Assembly (NCBI GenBank): GCA_963663865.1
Contig: OY760686.1
Coordinates: 2,176,001 to 2,240,000, forward strand
Source: Spirochaetota bacterium
Lineage (GTDB): Bacteria; Spirochaetota; UBA4802; UBA5550
Direction: 5' to 3'
Length of the DNA: 64,000 bases
Below are positions 50,069-59,855 of this stretch, one piece after another. The position numbers and the translations under genes were made by a program. Positions within the stretch are counted from its first letter, which is position 1, and each line of letters starts with the position of its first letter. The notes below the pieces were generated by a model. The model made no database searches. It worked only from the letters and a program-made list of their open reading frames with translations, and had not been told where the DNA came from.

Positions 50069-52681
50069 CTATTTATTCATCCCGAGGGTCTTTGATACTA
50101 TCTCGTAGGCGTTTTTTGAAAGCCCCGGGCCAGCAAGAACATCTTCGAGGGCTTTACGCATTTCAAGCCTTCTTGCCTCATCAAGCCTTCCATACATTTT
50201 AAATGATCCGGCAAGCATTGACGACATTGACGGGTTTATGGGGTCAATCTCTTTGATTTTTTCAGCGATATACCTGTAACCATCACCGCGTTGAGAGTTA
50301 AATCTCAGCTGATTTTTTGAAAATGTAACAAGCAGCGATCTTACGATATTTGGCACTTTAACATTGTAAGCGCTGTCCAATTCGAGCTGCTTTACTTTAT
50401 CAAGCGTTCCAGGAAGCGAAGATGCAGCCTGGACAGCAAACCACTTGTTCATGACCAGCATATTATCTTGCCACTTTTCCCTGAAGATGGAAAGGCATTC
50501 CAGAGACACCGGGCTGTCAATACCGGCAAGCACCCTGAGTGAACCTATGCTGTCCGTCATATTCCCGGCATTCAGAAAGTGATCTTTACACAACTCAATT
50601 GATTCGACGCTGTTCAACTCGGATATATATTCAAGACAGCGGAGCCTCAGCGATCTTCTGCCGATACTCTCCATATCTGGAGAATATGCTGAATCATCCT
50701 CAAGTTCACGGTACAGTTTGAGCAGGCTGTCTCTGAAATTATGCGCTACAGCTGATTTCAGTGAACGCCTTGCAGCATGTACAGCCTCGAAGTCAACAGG
50801 GTTCATTTCCTGACAGATAAGCTGCTCAGAGGGCAGAAGCAGAGCGAGGGCCTTAAATGAATTATCGATATTTTTATCTTCGATAACTGATCCGTACGCC
50901 TGCAATAGCGAGTCCGGATATACGGCCCCGCCGCCTCTGCTAAAGGCCTCTACCGCGCTCCGAAGCGATTTGAGCGCGGCACTCTGACCCGCGTCCCATC
51001 TGCAGAATGAATCGCTGTCATTAGCGAACAAAAAGCGTAGCTCATCATCGCCGTGCCCTGATTTAACCTTGACAGGCGCTGTAAAACCACGATTGACTGA
51101 CAGCGCCGGCCTCTGTTGTATATTGTTAAAAATAAATGTCTGCTCATTTTCCATGAGGTGGATAAGGCCTTCATTCGGCAGATCAGCCTCGCCGTTATCG
51201 TATAGAAGTCCAATTTTTATTGGAATATGCAGCGGTTCAGCATCCGGAGGATACCGCCTGTCAGAGTTCTGCTGCCTGAGCTTCAGCGTGTAAGCTTTTT
51301 TCTCAGTGTCATAGCTGCCGTCGACACACAGGACGGGCGTGCCTGCTCTCCCGTACCATCTCCTGAATACGCTGAGATCGATACCGGAAGCATCCTGCAT
51401 GGCATCTACAAAGTCGTCGCATGTTACAGCTCTGCCGTCATGCCTTTCAAAATAGAGCTTCATCCCCCCCATGAACCTCTCCTCACCAAGCATGGTGTGA
51501 ATCATTCTTATAACCTCAGCCCCTTTTTCGTACACTGTCCGGGTGTAGAAGTTGTTTATCTCAATATAGCTGTCGGGACGCACTGGATGTGAATTTGGTC
51601 CGGCGTCTTCCTCGAACTGGTCGGCCCTCAGCGAATCCACGTCCATTATTCTGTTCACAGTCGGCGACTGGACGTCCGCTGAGAATTCCTGATCGCGAAA
51701 CACGGTAAGCCCCTCTTTGAGCGTGAGCTGAAACCAGTCACGGCAGGTTACCCGGTTGCCTGTCCAGTTATGAAAGTATTCGTGTGCGATTACGCTCTCA
51801 ATGCCGAGGTAGTCAGAGTCGGTGGCTGTTTCGGGAGCCGCAAGAACATAGGATGAGTTAAAGATATTGAGTCCCTTGTTCTCCATCGCGCCCATATTAA
51901 ATGAATCAGCAGCCACTATAGAATAGGTATCAAGATCGTATTCAAGACCGAATCTTTCTTCATCCCACTTCATGGCCTTTTTTAGCGAAGCCATCGCGTG
52001 AAAGCATCTGTCCGCGTTGCCCCTGTCAGAGTATATGTTAAGCTCAATTCTTCTTCCGCCGCGGGTAGTAAAGCTGTCAGAGATTCGGTCCAGGTCGCCG
52101 GCGACAACCGCGAACAGATATGACGGCTTTGGAAACGGATCCACGTAGACAACAGAGTGTTTTCCGCCCGGAAGCTCTGTTTCTGAAATCCTGTTGCCGT
52201 TAGAAAGAAGTACCGGATAGTTTTTCTTGTCCGCGATAAGCTCCACCGCGAACCGCGTCATATTGTCCGGCCTGTCGATAGAGTAAGTTATACGCCTGAA
52301 GCCTTCAGGTTCATTCTGGGTGCAGAACATGCTTCCTGACATGTACAGCCCTTCGAGCGCTGTGTTCTCAGAGGGATTAATCTCTACAAACGTTGTTACT
52401 TGAAACTTATCTGCGTCTATATTGAGAACAAGCTCCCTGTCATTTACCGTGTACTCTCCATTCTTAAGCTTTTTCCCGTCAATGCTGACTTCAATAAGCT
52501 TCATGCATTCGCCGCTTAGAACCAGCGGGGAATGCTGTTTACTTTTGTTTCTTTCAAGCGACAAAACGCTTCTTATCAGCGTCGACTCTGGATTAAGCTC
52601 AAAAGACATTCTTATTTCAGGAGTATAGTAATCCGGTTCAGTGTAATCCTCTCTGTGTATTGTCCTATGGTTTGTTTTCAT
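50069..52681 (-). CDS. pepN: Aminopeptidase N (M1 family)
   Basis: TQNEPEGFRRI, GAMEN, HEYFH...LKEG and YEKGAEV motifs. Confidence 0.97.
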   Translation of the reverse strand: MKTNHRTIHREDYTEPDYYTPEIRMSFELNPESTLIRSVLSLERNKSKQHSPLVLSGECMKLIEVSIDGKKLKNGEYTVNDRELVLNIDADKFQVTTFVEINPSENTALEGLYMSGSMFCTQNEPEGFRRITYSIDRPDNMTRFAVELIADKKNYPVLLSNGNRISETELPGGKHSVVYVDPFPKPSYLFAVVAGDLDRISDSFTTRGGRRIELNIYSDRGNADRCFHAMASLKKAMKWDEERFGLEYDLDTYSIVAADSFNMGAMENKGLNIFNSSYVLAAPETATDSDYLGIESVIAHEYFHNWTGNRVTCRDWFQLTLKEGLTVFRDQEFSADVQSPTVNRIMDVDSLRADQFEEDAGPNSHPVRPDSYIEINNFYTRTVYEKGAEVIRMIHTMLGEERFMGGMKLYFERHDGRAVTCDDFVDAMQDASGIDLSVFRRWYGRAGTPVLCVDGSYDTEKKAYTLKLRQQNSDRRYPPDAEPLHIPIKIGLLYDNGEADLPNEGLIHLMENEQTFIFNNIQQRPALSVNRGFTAPVKVKSGHGDDELRFLFANDSDSFCRWDAGQSAALKSLRSAVEAFSRGGGAVYPDSLLQAYGSVIEDKNIDNSFKALALLLPSEQLICQEMNPVDFEAVHAARRSLKSAVAHNFRDSLLKLYRELEDDSAYSPDMESIGRRSLRLRCLEYISELNSVESIELCKDHFLNAGNMTDSIGSLRVLAGIDSPVSLECLSIFREKWQDNMLVMNKWFAVQAASSLPGTLDKVKQLELDSAYNVKVPNIVRSLLVTFSKNQLRFNSQRGDGYRYIAEKIKEIDPINPSMSSMLAGSFKMYGRLDEARRLEMRKALEDVLAGPGLSKNAYEIVSKTLGMNK

Positions 52682-52789
52682 TGATGTATCCCTGTAAATA
52701 GTTGCTCAAGACTTTTCCCATACTACTGACAGCTCTCCATTTTGTCAGTAAAAACAATGTTATATTTTGGCATTTTTTTTGTTTTATCC

Positions 52790-52818
52790 TTGCCGATTGA
52801 GTTTTTTTAATATATATT
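52790..52818 (+). promoter_or_regulatory. Putative sigma70 promoter
   Basis: TTGCCG-17 nt-TATATT in an AT-rich divergent region. Confidence 0.45.
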
Positions 52819-52966
52819 CGTGGGATTTGTTTTCAGGATCAATAATCTTTGGAAGCTGAATTTTCTCACACTTTTGTTTCCACTTCGGAATTTAATCATA
52901 CCGGCCGGGAACATGACTACAGGGATTATCGGACTTGAAAATGAAATTTTTCCAGGAGGCTGTTAA

Positions 52967-53494
52967 ATGAAATCATCAAACTTAGAGAATATTCAAAAGG
53001 ACCTCAAAAAGATCCGTTCCGCGGCCGCAATTATTCTCCGCGAACTTGAGGTTGACGATATCAGGCATAAGCTTGAGACTCTGAAAAAACTTGAAGGACT
53101 GCCTGAGCTGCCGGTTGACAGCGTAACGAGAGAGCTAAAAGAATACGCCGAAACAAGGGACGTTTACAAGCGCCTTTACACGTCTTGCGCGAGGACCATT
53201 ATGACAATCATATCTTCGAATTTTTTAACCGGGACAGGAGATCCGGCAAACTCCTTTAACTACTCTGAACCCCTCGCGCCCCTGCAGGCTGCACAGATGA
53301 TTGCGTTCCTTCCAAAGGCATATATGGGAGGCCCGATAAAGGCAGCAGCGGCAAGCCAGTTTCCGAATGTCCGCGATAAGGCCGCGGAATTCTACGACAG
53401 CCTGCCCCATGAGATGAAGTACTCCGGCTCTTTCCCTCCCGGATTCAGGAATTACATAAGAACCCTCAAGTCAACAGCAGCGGCTCACAACTGA
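52967..53494 (+). CDS. Hypothetical protein
   Basis: AGGAGG RBS and its own terminator; no family recognised. Confidence 0.75.
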   Translation: MKSSNLENIQKDLKKIRSAAAIILRELEVDDIRHKLETLKKLEGLPELPVDSVTRELKEYAETRDVYKRLYTSCARTIMTIISSNFLTGTGDPANSFNYSEPLAPLQAAQMIAFLPKAYMGGPIKAAAASQFPNVRDKAAEFYDSLPHEMKYSGSFPPGFRNYIRTLKSTAAAHN

Positions 53495-53508
53495 GCCGCT
53501 TTTCTTTT
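53479..53508 (+). terminator. Rho-independent terminator overlapping the stop codon
   Basis: AGCGGCTCA-caac-TGAGCCGCT perfect 9-bp stem followed by TTTCTTTT. Confidence 0.75.
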
Positions 53509-53700
53509 GGCAACTTGTAAAAAAAACATTTATAAAGTAAATTTTGCTTGCCATTTTATATTTAAACTTTAATAATTTACAGTTATCTTTATCAGCAGTC
53601 CGCTGATAAACGCAGCAACTTTTCGGAGGTATATAAAGCATCAGATATTCATTTAAGGATTAGGCGTTGTTGTTATTAAAAAAAGCAAAGGAGCAAATCC

Positions 53701-53913
53701 ATGACCGAACAGCAATTACTTACCGATCTTGCAGTTGCCGAAAGAAACATGAAGCGCAAATCGAGCATTTACAGCATAGATTTTTTTAAGAATGTTACTG
53801 ATGCTTTCAAAATGACCCGGACGAACTCCTTTGCAGACCTGATAAAAACAGATCCGCAAAAGGCACTCGCCCTCAGAGATCTTGCAGTGAAGGAAAAGCT
53901 TCTAAGGCCATAG
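53701..53913 (+). CDS. Small hypothetical protein (70 aa)
   Basis: AAGGAG RBS; converges on the macroglobulin gene. Confidence 0.7.
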   Translation: MTEQQLLTDLAVAERNMKRKSSIYSIDFFKNVTDAFKMTRTNSFADLIKTDPQKALALRDLAVKEKLLRP

Positions 53914-53914
53914 G

Positions 53915-56900
53915 TCAGTCCTTTTCCCTTACTTCAATCAGGGCAGGCTTCGACCAGCCCTGAACTGACGGTTCGTACATACACTCCATCCGGGCAGGCC
54001 GCGCCATGTAGATGCCCGGCAGCTCGGCGCGTATGGTGTAGCCGATTTCATAGACCTCGCCTTTTTTAAGACTGTGTAGAAAGTATATTACCCTGTTATC
54101 CCACCGCTCAGCCCTGAATTCTCCAGCACCAAATGCGTCAGTGTCCGCAACCTCAAATCCCGACGGCAGAAAATCCTCCAGCATCAGATATTCAAAATCA
54201 TCCTGCGCGGTGAATCTAAGCTTAACCAAAATCTCTTCACCCACATCCGCAGCCCCTTCTGAAGGCGAAGGAACCAGATACTCTCGGCTTGAGATATCTT
54301 TCACTCTTGTGAGAGACTCAAAGGTTCTGACGAGACTAATTCCGTTTGAAAGCGAGTCAAGCGCGCCCTTCTCACCTCCGGAAAGCGACTGCATCAGTCC
54401 TTTTTTGAAGTAGAGGGTGCCGCTTACAACCGCTTCATAGGCTATTCCCTCAGCGCCCTTTCCTTGAGCGACAACGGTTAATTTCTGCGGATTAATCTTA
54501 TCGGTCAAATCAACCACTGCCGTCAGTGCTGAGGCAGCTGATCTAACAGCGGGATCATAGCTTATCGAAGCTGCATCCCTTCCATTTAACTTAAACTGTG
54601 CTATAAACGGCCTTCCAGCCGATACACCGGCTTTTTCCAGATACTCGCACGCTGAATATATAACCAGCGACGTCTCGCGGGTCGATGACCAGCGCCCCTC
54701 TCTGCTTTCGGCCATAAGGGTTGACATTGCCCCCGCCGGAAGCTCTCTCTCGCCGGCCGAGACGAGAGCGCGCATTGCCCTTGCCGTTATTTCAGTCTTT
54801 CCGCCTGGCCATCCGTACCTCTGGCCACCAACAGCTTCCCAGTATATTCCTGAGCCGTCCTTTTTGACAAGGGATATGAGCTCCTTCACAAGCCGCCTGT
54901 AATCGTCTTTTAGTTCAGCCGCATCCCCGTTCTTATTATTAATTCCTTTTCCTCCTACCCTGGACGACAGGGCTGAAAGAAGCATTGAAGCGCCATACGG
55001 ATTCTTAGAGACGGATTTGCTCAGCGAGGCGTAAGCCTTATCGTCCCACTTGCCGTAAAGCGAAACAGCATAAAGAAGATATGCCCTCTCATCAATCCGC
55101 TTAGGGTCAAGGTCTGAGAGCATTCTGCCGGCAGCCTGAAGGCCGTCCTTAAGTGTGACGATGTTCACCGAGTGGCCCTCCCGCGAAGCCGCGTACAGGG
55201 ATTCAAGCACAAACCCTGTTAAAAAGGCGTTTCCTCTGTCACCTGACCACCAGCCCCAGCTGCCGTCGCTGTTCTGAATTGTTGTGATTCTGCGAAGCCC
55301 TGCGGCGGTCTTTTCTTTAACCTTTGCGACGTCAGCTTCATCCGCTAAATGCAGAAGATTGGTTTTTTTCAAAAATGAATGCAGCCTCATAACGGGCATG
55401 AAGCTGTTTACTGTTTGCTCAACACAGCCATAAGGGTACCTTATGAGATAGCCGGATGACTCTACAAGTTTTATCAGAGGCGTAGGGCTTACAGATATCT
55501 TCAAGGTTTCCGGAACAAAGTCAAAACCGGAAATATCCCTGACAGACTCCAGCTTCAGCTCAGAGGCTCCGATGACTCCTGTTCCCTGTATCTTATACAG
55601 TGAACCACGGCGCTCAACTGGTATAGTGATTTTAACAGCATCTGAAACACCGCTGCCGGCATCGGCTGTGTATTGCATGTCCACTGCCTTCGGGCCTGAC
55701 GGCACTTCAAATCTGAAGAGCTCCCGCGCCGCTCCGAACGGCGGAAGGCTCATTCGAACCTCTTTTGCAGGCTTGAGTTTTGATCCGGCAAGTCTCATAT
55801 CAGTCCCGATCTGAGTCATTCCAGCAGAAGTGTTGCTGTTCACCAGGCCGAGGCATGACGCGCTGTCGCCCTCAACCATGAAGCGCGGACTTCCGATTCT
55901 GGCGATAAGGTCCTGTGTACACTTAAACTTTCTCTTCGTCTCACCCATCCTTCCCGATTTATCATGCCCTCTTGCTGTTATGCGCCAGGTAGTCAGATTG
56001 TCGGGCAGCTTAAAGCTCACGGCGGCCCGGCCGTCTTTGCCTGTACGCACGCGGGGATTCCAGTATGCTGTATCCTCAAACTTTTCGCGGACCTTGATTT
56101 TACCGTCCTTGCCCGCTCCGGCGAGCACATTTACCGGATATGAGTACGTGGTAAGTACCCAGTTTGATATTTTTGAATAGAAGAAGTCTCTCATGTGCGG
56201 AGTAAAATCACTGCGAATACTGTAAATGGCCTCATCAACAACTCCTATCGATATGTCAGAGGAAACCGGCATGCCCTCCCCGCTCAAGGTCCTGACATTA
56301 ATTTTTACTGTTTCACCGGGCAGGTAGCTCTCTCTGTCTGGTTCCGCTGTAACTTCAAGCTCTGTTCCCTCAACCGGGATGGACACCTCTGATGATGCCG
56401 TAAAGAGGGCACGCTTCTGCTGAAGTATAGCCGAAACATAGAAGTTCGGCGCCCAATCCTGCCTCGCGTGAATTACAACGGGCATTACATTGCCCTTCAT
56501 GCGAACAACTTTCGACCAGTAAATATCCTTACCCTCAGCTGTAAGAAGGACGTGGGCGTCAGGGTAGCGTGTCTTCAGAAGGCAGGTGATGTCTCCGTCG
56601 GTTTTAAGCTCATTAGTACTCAGCTCCATTTCAAGGTTTTTAAATCGGCTGTCGACCCTGCCTCCGTGAGGGTGATAAACCCACACCACCCTTGAAGCTG
56701 TAATGCGGTTTCCCCTTTTATCAAACCCGCTGACTATAATATCGTATTCACCATAACGGCTGAAGTCCTTCGTTATATTAATATCCGCCGAACCTTTTGA
56801 ATCAGTCGTGATTTTACCCGAAAATACCGGACGGCTGTCATGAACGTAGACCCTCTGATACGGCTTCCAGATATAGGGGTACATCTCAACCTTGAGATCG

Positions 56901-59248
56901 GCCCTGACCGGCTGGCCGGCCTGGTTCAGTGTTTTAAACGCAATTTTTTTGCCGGCCCCGGCCTCAAAGAAGTTTGCCTCAGGATCAACCTTTATATAGT
57001 ACTCGCCTCTTCCGACACGCACAGAGGCAGAGGATGTAATACTGACATTTGATGAATCTGTCACAGTCACTTCAACCCTCACCTCCCTGTCATAGGGATA
57101 GTTGCCTGCCTCAAGCTTCAATGAAGCCATGCCGTTTTCGTTGAGATACTTCTGGCCGTCAAGCCTCAGGCGGCTGTAGCCGGAGGAGCCGGAATCGTCC
57201 TCTTCCCACCAGTATGTGGTCTCGCTGTCCTTCAGGCGGGTTTCGTAAAACCGGTAGCGCATAACAGAGTCTTTTACAGGAGCTCCGAAGAAGTATTTGG
57301 CGTCGACCCTGAACTCGATATCATCCCCATTAATAAAGAACTCCTTAACCGGAGAGGCTTCGACCTTGAACTCGGGTTTCCGGTACTGTTCGGCATAGAA
57401 CCTTCCCGACGCGTAGAGGTTTTTTTCAGCAGGCCCCGCCTGAATAACATAGGCGCCAAGTCCCCAGTCAGCCTCAAGCCTGACCGTGGAAGACCATGCG
57501 CCCCACTCGTCAAGAGTCCCCTGCCCCTCTAAAACCGTACGGCCATTGCCGGTATTTACTATTTTGAAATAAACCGGGGCCGGTTTCATGGGCACAAAAA
57601 GACCTGCAGCCTGTTTGCCTACAACCTTGAAATGTACGGTGTCGCCGGAGCGGTAAACCGGCCTTTCAGTGTATATCATGTACTTGTTTTTTTCCTTCTC
57701 GAATGCCGAAGCCGATCCGGTATTGCATATCGCGTAGCTGCCGTCAGGCGACACTGCGAGCACCGAAAGCCTCTCAGCGCTGCCCAGCGTGAAGGCACAG
57801 GTTCCGCTGCTGTCAGTCACTGATCTTCTTAAAACCCTGTACGGCAGATCTTCAATATTCTCAGGATTGGTTGTTTTTTTTCGTTTGCTTCCCGGATCGA
57901 AAACAAGCACTGAAGCCTTTTCAAGGGGTTTGCTTTCAACAAGGTCGGTCGCGTAAACGAACACTCCGCCGGGGGTCCGCTTCGTTACGATGCCAATTGA
58001 TGTCACAGTAAAAAAGCGCCGCTGGTAGAGCCTGCCTGCGCCTCTGATATCAATACAGTATCCGCCGGTTGGCAGGGCCTCCTTGATTGAAAGAGTGCTG
58101 TACATCCAATCATAGGGTTTAAATCTTTCGATCGGCTCCTCCCATGAGGCAACCTTTTTAAAGCCGCGTGCATCATCTCCGGCACCATAGCTGAAATTGT
58201 CTCCTCCCGCAATTGACGCCGGCGGAACGCTGTAGACCGTTACGTTAACAGTCTCAAGCCTGATAGTCCTCAGGCTGAACTCAAGCTTGTTTCCCGGGGC
58301 AAAGGTGTACCTGTAAGAATGGAGGTGAGCCTCAGGATTTCGTGGCTCTGCTGTAAAATTGCTGTCTTTTATCTCAACACCTTCAGTTAAATTAATATCA
58401 ATCTTTTTATCGCATGTAAATCCCTGGTGGGTCATATACAGCTCATATCTGCCGGGCTTAAGGTCTTCAATAATGTATGTTCCGTCGTCAAATGTCTGAG
58501 CCGAATGATATTCCCGGCCTCTGGCCGTCACCCTGATTCCGGGGGCGGGAATATTAAGGCCTCCTATCATGACCTTGCCGCTGATGGCCGAAGGTCTGTA
58601 CAGCTTCATTGGCAGTTTGGTCTTTTCTCCCGCTTTCACTGAGTCAAGAGAAGCCGTCTCGGTTATATGCCCTGCCTTTGCAAACGAGAGGCTGTACGCG
58701 CCGGATGGCAGCCTTCCGAACCTGTAACTGCCGTCATCATTTGTTATGTAGAATTCAGGCTTTGATGAGCTGTAGGCCCCATAGCCCCTGTTGAGCCTGA
58801 CCTCGGCGCCCTTTACCGGTTTTCCAGAGGAATCAGTCACGGCACCTTCAATTACGGCTTCCGGTGCAAGGCTGATCTTGATATGCCCCGGTGTTATTAT
58901 GCCTTCGGAATTGTAGTCTACATAGCTTTCAGCCTGAACAGCCATGACATATTTAATGCTCTTTATAAATCCGGTTATCTCGAAGACTCCATCGCTTCCG
59001 GAAAGGGCTTTGTAGTAGCCCACGCCCATGTTGGCGTTCTTTATCTCTACGGCCGCTCCTGAGATGCCCCTGCCGGTGACTGAATCAACGACCCTGCCTG
59101 TTATAGTTTCCGAACTGGACAGCTCACTGCCGCCGCCGTAAACGCGTGTGCCGTCCTTTCTGACTTTAATATCCGTTCCGGCACAGGAAACTGCCGCAAA
59201 TAAAAGCAGCATAAATCCAGCGGTTTTCATCCTGTCGGCTGTTCTCAT
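53915..59248 (-). CDS. Bacterial alpha-2-macroglobulin lipoprotein with thioester motif and N-terminal carboxypeptidase-regulatory-like repeats
   Basis: Lipobox AVSC; three beta-sandwich repeats (ITGRVVDS, IEGAVTDS, ISGKV); MG2 YTERPVYRSGDTV and YRKPEF; REKFEDTAYW, LPDNLTTW, PYGCVEQ, QNSDGSWGWW and EDFLPSG motifs. Confidence 0.95.
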   Translation of the reverse strand: MRTADRMKTAGFMLLLFAAVSCAGTDIKVRKDGTRVYGGGSELSSSETITGRVVDSVTGRGISGAAVEIKNANMGVGYYKALSGSDGVFEITGFIKSIKYVMAVQAESYVDYNSEGIITPGHIKISLAPEAVIEGAVTDSSGKPVKGAEVRLNRGYGAYSSSKPEFYITNDDGSYRFGRLPSGAYSLSFAKAGHITETASLDSVKAGEKTKLPMKLYRPSAISGKVMIGGLNIPAPGIRVTARGREYHSAQTFDDGTYIIEDLKPGRYELYMTHQGFTCDKKIDINLTEGVEIKDSNFTAEPRNPEAHLHSYRYTFAPGNKLEFSLRTIRLETVNVTVYSVPPASIAGGDNFSYGAGDDARGFKKVASWEEPIERFKPYDWMYSTLSIKEALPTGGYCIDIRGAGRLYQRRFFTVTSIGIVTKRTPGGVFVYATDLVESKPLEKASVLVFDPGSKRKKTTNPENIEDLPYRVLRRSVTDSSGTCAFTLGSAERLSVLAVSPDGSYAICNTGSASAFEKEKNKYMIYTERPVYRSGDTVHFKVVGKQAAGLFVPMKPAPVYFKIVNTGNGRTVLEGQGTLDEWGAWSSTVRLEADWGLGAYVIQAGPAEKNLYASGRFYAEQYRKPEFKVEASPVKEFFINGDDIEFRVDAKYFFGAPVKDSVMRYRFYETRLKDSETTYWWEEDDSGSSGYSRLRLDGQKYLNENGMASLKLEAGNYPYDREVRVEVTVTDSSNVSITSSASVRVGRGEYYIKVDPEANFFEAGAGKKIAFKTLNQAGQPVRADLKVEMYPYIWKPYQRVYVHDSRPVFSGKITTDSKGSADINITKDFSRYGEYDIIVSGFDKRGNRITASRVVWVYHPHGGRVDSRFKNLEMELSTNELKTDGDITCLLKTRYPDAHVLLTAEGKDIYWSKVVRMKGNVMPVVIHARQDWAPNFYVSAILQQKRALFTASSEVSIPVEGTELEVTAEPDRESYLPGETVKINVRTLSGEGMPVSSDISIGVVDEAIYSIRSDFTPHMRDFFYSKISNWVLTTYSYPVNVLAGAGKDGKIKVREKFEDTAYWNPRVRTGKDGRAAVSFKLPDNLTTWRITARGHDKSGRMGETKRKFKCTQDLIARIGSPRFMVEGDSASCLGLVNSNTSAGMTQIGTDMRLAGSKLKPAKEVRMSLPPFGAARELFRFEVPSGPKAVDMQYTADAGSGVSDAVKITIPVERRGSLYKIQGTGVIGASELKLESVRDISGFDFVPETLKISVSPTPLIKLVESSGYLIRYPYGCVEQTVNSFMPVMRLHSFLKKTNLLHLADEADVAKVKEKTAAGLRRITTIQNSDGSWGWWSGDRGNAFLTGFVLESLYAASREGHSVNIVTLKDGLQAAGRMLSDLDPKRIDERAYLLYAVSLYGKWDDKAYASLSKSVSKNPYGASMLLSALSSRVGGKGINNKNGDAAELKDDYRRLVKELISLVKKDGSGIYWEAVGGQRYGWPGGKTEITARAMRALVSAGERELPAGAMSTLMAESREGRWSSTRETSLVIYSACEYLEKAGVSAGRPFIAQFKLNGRDAASISYDPAVRSAASALTAVVDLTDKINPQKLTVVAQGKGAEGIAYEAVVSGTLYFKKGLMQSLSGGEKGALDSLSNGISLVRTFESLTRVKDISSREYLVPSPSEGAADVGEEILVKLRFTAQDDFEYLMLEDFLPSGFEVADTDAFGAGEFRAERWDNRVIYFLHSLKKGEVYEIGYTIRAELPGIYMARPARMECMYEPSVQGWSKPALIEVREKD

Positions 59249-59249
59249 T

Positions 59250-59855
59250 TCACAACTCCTCTTTTCCCTTTTTGATGATCAGAGTAAACGCTCTGAAGGC
59301 ATATATTGAACTATCCCCTGTCCGGGGTGAAATCTTCTCGAGATACTCATGCGTCTTTATCTCTGCGGGAACGTACACAGTTGAAGTTCCGGAAGTCCCT
59401 TGAAAAACAACTCCAAAAGTTTTAATATTTACCGAGGATAAATCTCTCACCGGAACCGGCCTCTCCGCGACCGTAATGATGATCTCTGAGTCCGACAGCT
59501 CTTCAAGCTTCAGGGGCTCATACCTGGGGTCACACCTCAATGCGCCGTGAAGGTATTCGCGAATGACTTCATCCGTGCTTCCCGATGGATAAAATGAGCC
59601 GTAGCATCCCCTCACCCGGCCCCGATACCTGATAGTGACGAAAAGCCCCGACTCAGCCGCCGGGAGCTCCGGTCCGGAGTACCCCGGTACATCACCACGA
59701 ATTATTCCTTCCGCGGCTTCGTAAAGCCAGCATCGAAAACCGATGAACGCGGTGCTGTCTTCGAGGGGCTTCCACTCCGAACGGACATCCTCAGCTGCCG
59801 CCGAAGTGGTAAGCATAACCGCTGCGAGGAGCATTATCCACCCCTTGATTTTCAT
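59250..59855 (-). CDS. AMMECR1-domain protein with signal peptide
   Basis: GLFVT...VRGCYG and DPRYEPLKLEEL motifs; N-terminal signal peptide ending SAAA. Confidence 0.82.
   Translation of the reverse strand: MKIKGWIMLLAAVMLTTSAAAEDVRSEWKPLEDSTAFIGFRCWLYEAAEGIIRGDVPGYSGPELPAAESGLFVTIRYRGRVRGCYGSFYPSGSTDEVIREYLHGALRCDPRYEPLKLEELSDSEIIITVAERPVPVRDLSSVNIKTFGVVFQGTSGTSTVYVPAEIKTHEYLEKISPRTGDSSIYAFRAFTLIIKKGKEEL

Noticed and set aside
52913-52966. 17-codon upstream ORF in frame with 52967..53494 (possible readthrough or leader peptide)
   Set aside because: Its RBS is weak, and the downstream gene has its own AGGAGG; probably chance.
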